DNA of 64,000 bases, from positions 100,626,001-100,690,000 of the forward strand of contig OZ024740.1 of NCBI GenBank assembly GCA_964016885.1, in the 5' to 3' direction. The notes beneath the pieces are model-generated. The model had not been told where the DNA came from, did not search any database, and worked only from the letters and a program-made list of their open reading frames with translations. The position numbers and the translations under genes are program-made. Source of the DNA: Eledone cirrhosa (lineage: Eukaryota). Shown one piece after another: positions 52,301 through 64,000 of the stretch (position 1 is its first letter; each line of letters opens with the position of its first letter).

Positions 52301-54123
52301 TTATTTTCAAAATTAACTGAAACTTATAAACAGTGTATTTCCTTTGAAATCTAGTCACAAAAAGGTTTCAAACATATATTTACAATGTCAGTGAGTTATG
52401 TGATATTCTATGATAGCCTATAAAGAAAATTTGTAAATTCTCCAAAACATCCAACCCATGTTAGTGCAGAAAAAAACACACAAAAAAAAGCAGGTGCAAA
52501 ATAATTCCAAAACATAGAAAGATAACAATAAAAGTGTCAAATGAAAAAAAATAAATGAAACAATTTTTTTACCAAATATCAAAACATGAGAGATATTTGA
52601 AAACAAAACAGTTTCTTTTTTTTTCACTACAGAACTTGGTGTTACTATTAAGATAGAGCCCACCCTAAATTTACATCAATATTTCTTAACTCTCAAAACA
52701 TTTCATATCTTTATTTCAATATCTCTCTACTTCAAAGACAATCATCATATACCACTTCAAATGTAAGAGTAGAGAAGGTTATCATAATTAAAATAGGATT
52801 TTTCCTCCATCATCTCTTCATCAATAGACCATCATAAAAATCTAGATAGTTGTTAGAAAAATAAAGGTTTTCTTTCTTCCTTTATATTTCATCCTTTTTG
52901 CTGTTTCTTGCCAGATTTTCTCTTATTGGTTTATATATTTTCTAATTCGTCTATTTCTCCTTAGTTGATTTATTTATTTGTTATCTTCCCTCAATGAAGA
53001 AATCAGTAATTATATTTCGTTTAAAGAAGACATTTTTCGGAAAAGCATTTTTCAAGAACAATATCTATAATGTGAATTCCATTAAAGTATTCATAAATAA
53101 ACATTAACTCTGCCATTTCTATACATACAAACTCGTTAGAAAAACAAAGAAATAATTACAATTCTTAGTTTTTTATTTGTTTATAACTTTTTATAACTTC
53201 TTTTAATTATTATTTTTTCCCGTTTTTATTATAATGTGATATTGTGTAAAGTTGAAAGAAAGCAAAGAAAAATTTAACTCCTTCAGGAACCGACCTTAAA
53301 TATTAAGGTCATGTTTGCTGTTGTTGTTATTGTTGCCCTTAGCCTAAGGCTATCCAGCAGCAAATAGACCTATGTATTCAAGAACAAACCACCTAATATA
53401 TTTTTTCAGCTGTTATGTAATCTGATCTATATTATGTAATGTAGTCAATATAGAAAAGTCTGGTTTCAGGGACATTTCGCTGCTATTTCTAGCAAAATGA
53501 GCAACTATGCATTGTTAGCATTGTTTGTAGTGAGCCATGAGCATTCTCAACTTTTATTCAAACATAATATATCTACAACAAATTATACAGTATGTCCTGT
53601 TTTTAAAAAATTATGATTTGAGATAGATTTGGCTGTTATTTCTAATATACTGAACAACTGTATAAAGACTTCTTTATAATTATAGTTTAGCACCAGGCTA
53701 TTCCTGAGCAAGCATTGCAACTAACAGCATCACATGTTTTTTTCTTCTTCCAGTGGTACAATAAATCACAATAGTTAAACTTCAGTGTATTTCAAAATAT
53801 TGTTAAATTCTCTTTTGTTCAATCCTATATATTTTTAATAAAGTTAATACAGGCTGTTTCTACTTTCATCACATTGTTCATTCTTACAAATGTGCACTGA
53901 AATGTTTGGGAATAAAAGAATGACATACTACTAACATACAATTATTTTATTATTATTTCGTTCCCATATTTATATGCCTATGACTTTCAAATAATATTGG
54001 AAACAACCATAAATTTGGAGTGATTTAAAATATATCTAATGTTTTCACTATTAAGGTGCTGTTTAGAATATAATTTAAAGGTTCTTACAGAGTTATGCTG
54101 GAAGGTTTTTATATAGATATAAG

Positions 54124-55601
54124 GTGGGCTCTTAGAAAACTAGGAGTAGATGAATGGCTTGTGAAAGCGGTACAAGCCATGTATAGGGGAGCAGTCAGCA
54201 AAGTTAGGATTAGCAATGAGTATAGCGAGGAATTTAGCATACAGGTTGGGGTCCACCAGGGCTCTGTTGTTAGCCCCCTCCTGTTCATCATAGTCCTGCA
54301 GGCAATAACGGAGGAGTTTAAGACTGGTTGCCCATGGGAACTCCTGTATGCTGATGACCTCGCACTCATAGCTGAATCTATGGTAAAATTAGAGAATAAA
54401 TTCCAAACTTGCAAGCAGGGACTAGAAAGAAAGGGTCTCAAAGTCAACCTGACAAAGACTAAGGTCCTTGTAAGTAGACGAGAAAACAGAACCCAGATCC
54501 CTCAGGGAAATGGCCTTGCTCAGTATGTAGGAAAGGTGTAGGTAGGAACTCCATTCTCTGCCCCAAATGCAAACAATGGGTACACAAGAGATGTAGCGGG
54601 ATCTCAGAAAGCTTAATTAACAATGTAGGCTTCACATGCAGCAGCTGTGCTGGGACAGCAAGCAGCAAACAGCCACAGGAAACAAGTACCACCAATCTCT
54701 GGGAGGGCTCTGTAGAAACAGTAGACAGCTTCTGCTACCTAGGTGACCAAATTAGCAGCGGAGGTGGGTGTTCAGAAAGTACAATAACTAGGGTAAGAAC
54801 GGGATGGAAGAAGTTTAGGGAACTACTACCACTGCTAGCTGCAAAAGGCTTCTCCCTCAGAATGAAAGGCAGACTGTATGATGCGTGTATCCGAACAGCA
54901 ATGTTGCATGGTAGTGAGACCTGGGCGCTGAAGGTGGAAGACTTACGTAGATTAGAGAGAAACGAAGCCTGCATGCTCCGATGGATGTGTAACAGTAATA
55001 TATGTGAACGACAAAGCATAAATGAATTGAGAGAGAGACTGAGCATAAGAGGAATCAAATGCTGTGTGCAGGAGAGGCGGTTGCGCTGGTATGGACATGT
55101 GATGCGTATGAAGGATGACAGCTGCATAAAAAGGTGCAGAGCACTAGAAGTCCATGGAAACCATGGAGTGGGGAGACCCAAGATGACCTGGGATGAGGTG
55201 ATAAAAGCCGACCTTACCCAATTACACCTCTCAAAGGCAATGACACACGACCGTGACCTCTGGCGTCACGCAGTAATACAGAGTACCCGACCTCCCATGG
55301 GCACAAGCTGAAGCATATAGACTATATGCCCCCACACCCCCCACCGCAAGGTGGTCGTGGAGGCTCCACAGCAAAAAAGCACCCAGCCCACACTGTAAAG
55401 TGGACGTGTAGGCGCCACGAAAAAGCACCCAGAACTCACTATAAATGAGGTTGGTGTTAGGAAGGGCATCCAGCTGTAGAAACCAAGCCAAATCAGTTCC
55501 TGTATGAGCAAGGCATGGTCAGCCGACCAGACACTGCCCACAACAGGACAACCCATCTAACCCATGCTAGCGTGGAAGAACGGACGTAAAACGGTGATGA
55601 T
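54124..55601 (+). mobile_element. RTE-clade LINE (young family), 5'-truncated, PHD finger, 8-bp TSD
   Basis: WALRKLGVDEWLV, GVHQGSVVSP, LLYADDL, KWPCSVC..CPKC..WVHKRC..CSSC; (TGA)n tail; TSD GATATAAG at 54116-54123 and 55602-55609. Confidence 0.96.
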
Positions 55602-56848
55602 GATATAAGCACTTTTAATCATACAATTCTATCATAAATCCAAGATGGCTTTAGGCAGTTTAGTAAAAAAAGGTTAAATCACAAATTCTTCTTTGAGATC
55701 ATACCATAAATAGAGCACCATCCATATCCATGCTGCTAAGTATTTCATAGGGTAAATCTAAATTACTTATTGCCAATTTGATTTTAGAAAAAAGGATTTT
55801 CATCTCTAGTACTCTCATGTAATTACTAAAAAAGTAAATCTTGCACCACAAATACAGCCAACTGTGTTGTTCTTGCTATATTTGTGATCCCATCTACAGC
55901 TATGGAATATAACACTTTAAGATGCTGCTTGTTTTAAGGATACTTTTATAATGTTAGTCATGGGTTTTATATCATCAGAACTGTCTTTCAAGATAAACTA
56001 ACATTCACAAACAATTTGACATTTTCTAGATTTAAAATTTATTCAACAAATTATGCACTTTTAAAAATCTTGCCTATACTATGTAGTTTCATATTCTTTC
56101 TAATTATCCAACATGCTTTATATTTTGTTTGCTTCACCAATTATTTTCATTAATAATTATATTGATAATATATTGCTGTTTGCATAAAGATTCTCTTAAA
56201 AATGAAAGCTAGTCTAAGTGCCGGGTCCTTTTCATTTTTTTTTTTTAATTATAATGCTTAATCAAATAGTAAAGTTTAAGATTGTATTTTTATATAAACT
56301 GCAACCACATCTTTACAAATAAACTCACACAATTTCTGTTTACTTCCAAGAAAAAGTAATTATCTCTCAAATTTTCATCAAACAAACATTTTTGCAGCAG
56401 TTTATTTTTTTTTATTTTATTAGTACTAGATGTTGCAGAAAGTGTTAGGTTTTACACTTTATAATATTGATGAAAATATTTAATAAAAATAGTTGAATGA
56501 CTGCAAACGTTGATAGCATCCAATTTGTAATGACATAATTGGCAACTAACATAATACTTAAACTCATAATGACTACTCATCTGTCTAATAAGACAGAATT
56601 AACTGACCAAAAATGTGTTTCCAGGTGGGGTACATATGTTAAATGCTTCTAGACTGTAATAAATATGTGAATAATATGTTATCAGATTGTATGTATTCAA
56701 ACATATGAGTAATGCAGCAAGTTAAACATTATATCATACGAAAGGAAAAAGCATCCTCAGTAATATTATCACTCAGTTTGTCGTGATTATTCAACACTAG
56801 GTTGACCCACAACAAGCAAAGCTATGATGAAATTAGTTTTTCTCTCTC

Positions 56849-56881
<33 letters not shown>

Positions 56882-58434
56882 TAAGGCAAGTGGCTGAGTG
56901 GTTAGACAATTGTGAGGTTGTGTCTTCGACTCCTGGACCGGGCAATGCATTATGTCCTTGGGCAAGACACTTTATTTCATGTTGCTCTTTCTACCTGGAG
57001 TTGTGACTGATAGAGAGTATTAGCAATTAGAAAGACCAATGGAAACATTGTTTCCTCGGTCCAATTTGACGAAAAGTCGATCGACTGTCTATATGTCTGT
57101 GTGTAATAATATATATATTATAATAGTTAGTCTAACCCATGCCAGCATGGAAAAATGGGTGTTAAACGGTGATGATGATGATATAATATAATATATATAT
57201 GTGATGCTAAGGGGCCCTCTACACCAGGAAATTTTCAGTGAATAAACCAAGATGCCTTGTTGCCTTTGTTGCCAATCTTTATATTCCGAGTTCAAATCAT
57301 GTCGAGGTCAATTTTACCTTTCACCCTTTCAGAATAGATAAAATTAAGTAATAGACCAGGACAGTAGATTGGCTGAATTGTTAGACCATTTCGCAGAATG
57401 TTTTGCTGTATTTCTCCCAGTTCTGCACTTTCTGAATACCTAGACAGCTGTGGCAAACTTGTCCACATCTTCCCAATTAAATGGGGTTTCAGAAAATGTA
57501 CCAATAGATTAGTTTATCCATCAGAAGAAATAATAAAGTTAAAGCAGTAAATGCAGGTAGATATTTAATTTATATTCAGTTAATTTAGTTTATTTAACTT
57601 ACTCTATTATCATTTTATCATCATTTCATTTAATGCCTATTTTCAATGCTTGCATGGGTTAGACTGGCTGTTATGTTATGTGACAAGTCAAGTCAGGTGA
57701 TCATATCTTGTACATACGAATCTGTTTCTATGGCTGGATGCCTTTCTTAATGCCAAAACATTCTTTTTTTCCCCTCTTATCTGGATGACATTCAACTAAA
57801 CAGAAAACCAGAAAATATTGGAACTCCGATTATATCTGAGATCTGTTTAGAGGACAAAATAAACTGATAGTAATAGAATTATCTCTACTTACTGGTTATG
57901 TTTATTTTTCTGAGTCTATTAAGACAAGGAAAGAATGTAAATCTAAAGCCAGAAAGATGTATGCTCAAGAAGTCCACAGGAATAGAATTTTTGACATATT
58001 GCACAATGATAAGCTACACAGCCTGAATAGTAGATTAAAAAAGTTTATACAACTCCAGAACACACTCATAGCACTTCTGAAGGCAAATGTTGTCTGTTAA
58101 TTTGTTTATATTTCTTTTGGTACCAATCCCCCTGAAACCACCCCTGTTCTATAATACAAAATTATTTATTTTAAAGTGTTTATCATATTCAAGAAACATT
58201 CAGTAAATTTTGAATTTTAAAAATATGTTAGCTTATTGTAAGCTGACTCAACATAGGTTTTTCGAATATGAAAATATTTGACCAAGTTGGGCATATATGT
58301 TCATTCAGACAAAAAAGGGTGGACAGTATACAATTTATTCTTTGTTTGCACCTTACTGGCCAAGAGGTAAGACCTAAATATATTGAGTAAGTGGCCATAT
58401 GGCATACAACAAGCATGAGATCGAGTCCCAAATA

Positions 58435-58770
58435 TGATGAAAGACAAAGCATAAATGAACTAAGTGAGAAATTAGGAATAAGAGGGATCAGATGCTGTTT
58501 ACTCGAGAGAAGACTACGTTGGTATGGTCACGTGATGCGCATGAAAGACGACAGCTGTATAAAAAAAGTGCAGGGCGATCAAAATAGATGGAAGCTACGG
58601 AGTAGGCAGACCCAGAAAAACCTGGGACGATTTGATAAATTCCGACCTTACACACTTACACCTCTCCAAGACAATGTCCCTGGACCGAGATCTTTGGCGC
58701 TATGCAGTAATACAGAAGATCCGCCTTGCCTAAGTACAAAGCAAAACCTACAGTCAGTAGGCACCTCTTA
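58435..58770 (+). mobile_element. RTE 3' fragment
   Basis: ERQSINELSEKLGIRGIRCC..RLRWYGHVMRMKDD. Confidence 0.85.
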
Positions 58771-60357
58771 ACCAAAAATACACCCCCATCCTACTACCAC
58801 TACCTCCACCCCATCTACACCACTCCTTTCTCTGTAAAGTTATGTTGGTACCACAACATCCAGTCCTTCCAGTGGCTCCTGTCAAAAGCAACCATCTTCA
58901 ATTGATCCAACTGAGTCTACACTAGGGTCCAGTGATTCCTTCCTGAGACATTCTAACCACATGTCCATAGTATCATAGCTATGATCTCTCAATTCAGAAA
59001 AAGTAATGGTTCTATCTGGAGTAACTATCTGATCTCAAGCTATGCACTCTGTTGAGTAATGTTACTTCAAAGACCCTTCAGAGGAAAACTATTTTGGCTG
59101 CTTGTCTTTGCAATTGTGAGTATGTGCATGTGTGCCTGTATCTAAATTTACATTACATAACCTAACAGTTCTACAAATAGAGATTGATAAAATAAATACC
59201 AGACTTGAAAAATAAGAACTTGGATCAATATGATTAACCAAAAATCTCCTTAAGTGAGTGCCCAGCATGGCTGCAGTATAATAAGTGACAACAGCAAAAG
59301 AGTAGTTCTTCTAATAAATGCTATGATTTATATTACTCCATCTCTATCAATCATTCTAATAACAGTAAATACATTTACAATAATATGTATTTGCCACAAG
59401 GACATCAGAAATTAAACATTGCTATTTAGTACACTGTAAACAAATCGAAAAACAACAGCAGCAACAACAACATTACAACAACAATAATAGCAACAACAAT
59501 AATGACAATAAAATTTCATTAATAATAATGATAAAATGATAGTAAAAAGTTAAATTAAAATCACCAATTCTCCTTCTTTCTAAATTTTCTATAAAATTAT
59601 TCCCAAATGAAAACTAATTTTTATTTTGTTGTTATTTTTCCTAAATCTATTGAAATTATCAGAGCATTGTGGAGATTTATTAAATTTTGATTGATTAGTT
59701 ATCATTCTGGACTGAAAAATAATTGTACTCTATGAGTGTAACTGTGTGTGACCTTGTTTAAATGAAATTTATTACCAAGGATATTCTTTCTTCACAACTA
59801 GATGTCCTTCATAAAATGATAATTATTCAACTGTAAAGTTTTTGTTATAGGGTTGTATGTATTAGACTGTAGCATAATAAACGAGAGATTTATTTTTTTA
59901 TTTCCTGTATTACAAATAGAAGTTTTTAAGTTAAATTCTTAGATACAAAAAAAAAAATTACATTTCAGACCCATTTTGGGAAGTTTGTTAAGGCAACGAG
60001 TACAAAAAGATACAAATAGTTACCCATTACAAGAACAACTAAACGAAAATTATTTTTTAAAAAATGATCATTATTAATTATATTTAATAGGCTTAATTGG
60101 ATTTTATAAAAGATCAAACTACTACTAATATCACTACTGCTGCCGCTACTACTTCTGCCATTGCACTAAATTTTAAGTGTATGTATATTTTAAGGAGTCA
60201 ACAAATTGGCTGAATCATTAGAATGGCAGATAGAATACGTTCTTGGTATTTAGTCAAGTTTTTTGTGTACAAAGGTCAGATCATAGCAAGGACAACTTTG
60301 TCCTTCATCCTTTCAAGGTCAATAAATAAAGTGCTAGTCAAGTATTATTATTGATTT

Positions 60358-60539
60358 GTGGATTGGCAGTATCGGTAGAGGGTCGGATGCCATGCTTTGA
60401 AGCATAGAGTTACCTCCCTGTATGATCTGAGTTCAAATCCCGCCGAGGTTAACTTTGCCTTTCATCCTTCCAGGGTCGATAAAATAAAGTCCCAGTAATG
60501 CACTGGGTAATTGCTGGCCTTGTGCCAAAAGTAGAAACA
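60358..60539 (+). mobile_element. Young SINE inserted in an older SINE, 11-bp TSD
   Basis: TSD ATTATTGATTT at 60347-60357 and 60540-60550; older related SINE at 60195-60346. Confidence 0.92.
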
Positions 60540-61116
60540 ATTATTGATTTACTCTTTCTTTCTCTTTCTCAGTTTATCTTATGACCTTTGTTTCTCTCTT
60601 CCCTTCTCTGTCCCTCACTCAATACCTCTCTATCTCTATCACTTATAGCATCACTTTCCCCAGAAGCATTTTTCTTACTCACACCTGGATACTGATGTAT
60701 GGAAGGCAGGGAACAGAAATCAAGAAAAAGGAAGTATACTTTGAATATTTAAGTTAGTGTTACCATTTTTAAAATTGAAACATTTCTACTGTTATTTCAC
60801 ACAATTTTGTGCATTTGCTGTGTCATTTCTTAAATGATCCAAACAACAAGGATAATCCAATAATAAAAACATCAACAGTTGGGACTAATAAAAACATCAT
60901 GGAGAGACATCTGATGTATTTAGTTAGGCCAAATCTTATGCATGCTGATCAGCTCTTTGGTAACCATATCTCTCATGAAACATACTACCTATGATTTACA
61001 AATAATTTTGAAAATCAATTATTTTGAAGAATTTAGTAACATAACTAACATTCCCATTATTAAGCTGGTGTTTAAAACATAACAAATGTTCTAACATAAA
61101 ATTGGGAATGTAGCAT

Positions 61117-63045
61117 TCATCATCATCATCATCACCATTTTACGTGGCACCTCCACAACCACTTTAAAGTGGGAGGGTGTTGGGGCATATTGTCTATATG
61201 CTTCAGCTTTGGCTTGTACCCGTGGGAGGGTCAGGTCTTCTGTATTACTGTGTGTCGCCAGAGATCATGGTCGTGTGTCATCGCCTTTGAGAGGTGTAAT
61301 TGGGTAAGGTTGGCTTTTATCACCTCATCCCAGTTTACATGGACTTCTAGTGCTCTGCACCTTTTTATGCAGCTGTCATCCTTCATACGAATCACATGTC
61401 CATACCAATGCAACTGCCTCTCCTGCACACAGCATTTGATTCCTCTTATGCTCAGTCTCTCTCTCAATTCATTTATGCTTTGCCCTTCGCGTATATTACT
61501 ATTAAACATCCATCGGAGCATGCAAGCTTCGTTTCTTTCTAATCTACGCAAGACTTCCACAGACAGCACCCAGGTCTCACTACCATGTAACATTGCTATT
61601 CGTATACACACATCATACAGTCTGCCTTTCATTTTAAGCGAAAAGCCTTTTGCAGCTAGCAGTGGCAGTAGCTCCCTGAATTTCTTCCATCCAGTTCTTA
61701 CCCTAGTTATTATACTTTCTGAACACCCACTTCCACTGCTAATTTGGTCATCTAGGTAGCAGAAGCTGTCTACTGTTTCTACAGAGCCCTCCCAGAGTTT
61801 GGTGGTACTTGTTTCCTGTGGCTGTTTGCTGCTTGCTGTCCCAGCACAGCTGCGCTGCATGTGAAGCCTACATTCTTAATTAAGCTTCCTGAGATCCCGC
61901 TACATCTCTTGTGTACCCATTGTTTGCATTTGGGGCAGAGAATGGAGTTCCTACCTACACCCTTCCTGCATACAGAGCAAGGCGATTTCCCTGAGGGGAT
62001 CTGGGTTCTGTTTTCTCGTCTACTTACAAGGACCTTAGTCTTTGTCAGGTTGACTTTGAGACCCTTTCTTTCTAGTCCCTGCTTCCAAGTTTGGAATTTC
62101 TTCTCTAGTTCTACCATAGATTCAGCTATAAGTGCGAGGTCATCTGCATACAGGAGTTCCCATGTGCATCTGGTCTTAAACTCCTCCGTTATTACCTGCA
62201 GAACTATGATGAACAGGAGAGGGCTAAGAACAGAGCCCTGGTGGACACCGACCTGGCCCCTCTATAGGGTCTACCTGGGGTAGCGTCTCTTCTTCCCATG
62301 CATTCTCCTCATTTAGTAATCTTTCATAATGGCTCTTCCATGCATCTTTCTTCTCAGCACTTTTGAGGACAAGCTCACCTTTATCATTCCAGATACACTT
62401 CTCTCCAATGACATCACAATTCTCTCTGACACACTGCCTCGCAAACTTGAACACCTCCTGTTTCTGGTCCTCACGTTGCAAAACATGCTTGAATTTTCTA
62501 TCCTCTGCTTCCCTCCTAGCTAAGTATACTTGTCACCTAGCTTCCCTCCTGGTCTCTATGTAATGTACCCTGCTTCCCCCGTTCTTCCATTCTTTCATGC
62601 CTGTCTCTTGGCCTTAACTGCCTGATCTAACTTATTGTTCCACCACCAAGTCACTCTCCTCCTGCCTGTGGTCTTACTCCAGCCACAGATCTCATCTGTC
62701 ACCTTTAGTAAGTTATTTTTTAGGAACTCCCAGTGCTCTTCTACATTGAATGTCTCTATCTGTTCTTATTTACTGTCATATGCATCGAGTAAAATATCTT
62801 TAAATCTGTTACAGGTTGAGGGGTCTTTCAGCTTCCAGATCTTTCTTCTCCAGGTTGGCCTCTGTTTCTAGGTTCATTTACTTTTGACCGTGAGGCCGCT
62901 GACAACTAAGCTATGTTGGGAGGTACATTCCTCACTTGGGAAGGCTTTTGTGTTTACGTCCATCCATCTGTCATGTCCTCTGGTGAGGATGAAATCTATC
63001 TGACTAGAATGCTCCCCTGATCTATAGGTGAACAGATGGTTGTTG
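61117..63045 (-). mobile_element. RTE-clade LINE (young family), APE end to tail, three internal deletions
   Basis: HLFTYRSGEHSSQIDFIL (APE), AWKSHYERLLNEEN, jump to GVHQGS, LLYADDL, PHD, LHWYGHVIR; (CAT)n at 61117-61133 on +. Confidence 0.94.
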
Positions 63046-64000
63046 CGTTATTTGTACAAAAATATTAAAAACGATGATGATAATGATAACACTGATTCAC
63101 TTTTTAATCCTTTGTAAGCATATTTCTATGATTTTCAAATAATTTCGAAAATAATCAATAATCTGGAAGAATTTGGTAACATAACTAACTTTCTCATTAA
63201 ACTGGTGTTTGGAATATAACTTAATAAATGATCTGACATAAACATTTTGATAGAAGCTTCTTAGATAAGTATCAACAGTTTAAATTAAATAATTTTGTAT
63301 TGTATAATTGGTGACAGTTGTAGGTGGGTTGGTGTCAATCTTATTAAGGTATTTCACAAGATTCTGACCAATATTCTCTTGGATCTATCTTCATATATGG
63401 AATTCAGGAAATACTTTTAACCAGTCTAAAATACCTAATTAGAAATAATTATGTGCTTCGTATTTTAATCATTGGTAAACTATTCTAAGCAATGATAATT
63501 ATATTGTGTATTAACAGGACAAAATTCTATGCTGTATTTATTCAAGTTCTGAATTAAAATCCTACTGAATTTAACTTTTCCTTTCATCCTTTTGTAGTCA
63601 ACAAAATTAATACCCGTCTAGAACTGTAGATTGGCTTTATTGTTAGATTATTGGACACAATACATAGTAGTATTTTTTCCAGCTCTTTGTGTTCTGAGCA
63701 CATGTCTCATAGCAATTTGCTTGATTGATAAACTGAATCTATTACTCAATTCAACACCATAACCTGAGTCTTTGGTGGTTTTACAGGAGTTCCCTTGATT
63801 ACAAGCACTTGGGATAAATTTTCAGCTGAAGAATAAATTCCTCCCTTCTTTCATGCATTTTTTTAAGCTTTGAAAAGATAAAGGGTTATGCACTTCCCTC
63901 TATTCCTTGGCCATAAAAACAAAATATGCTGAAGTTAATGATTATTTTGTGAGAAAATAGTATCTCTCAGTAATTAACATTTAAGATTTATTTTTACATT

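Overview
AT-rich, repeat-dominated eukaryotic DNA, most likely intronic or intergenic sequence from an octopod cephalopod (inferred from composition, microsatellite load and SINE families recalled from Octopus; not verified). I found no intact protein-coding gene, rRNA, tRNA gene or CRISPR array. Almost all long ORFs are decayed non-LTR retrotransposons. (i) A ~16 kb nested cluster at 8.4-24.7 kb is built on (AAT)n tracts, with six R4/Dong-like REL-endonuclease LINE pieces on + and two Tx1/L1-like elements on -. (ii) There are several RTE-clade LINE copies, and those spanning the RT carry a C4HC3 PHD finger inserted inside it. (iii) There are tRNA-derived SINEs with clear TSDs, Penelope-like and CRE-like fragments, TTAA-flanked MITE-like repeats, and mini/microsatellites. 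Most interesting: the PHD-in-RT RTE family; an ORF1-only (HAL1-like) Tx1 derivative whose 3' end is shared with the young SINE; a structured RNA module spanning the start codon in two divergent Dong-like lineages; and a ~1.25 kb decayed orphan ORF at 50.45-51.72 kb that matches no TE here and may be an endogenous viral element. All assignments come from motif reading by eye; no database search was run.
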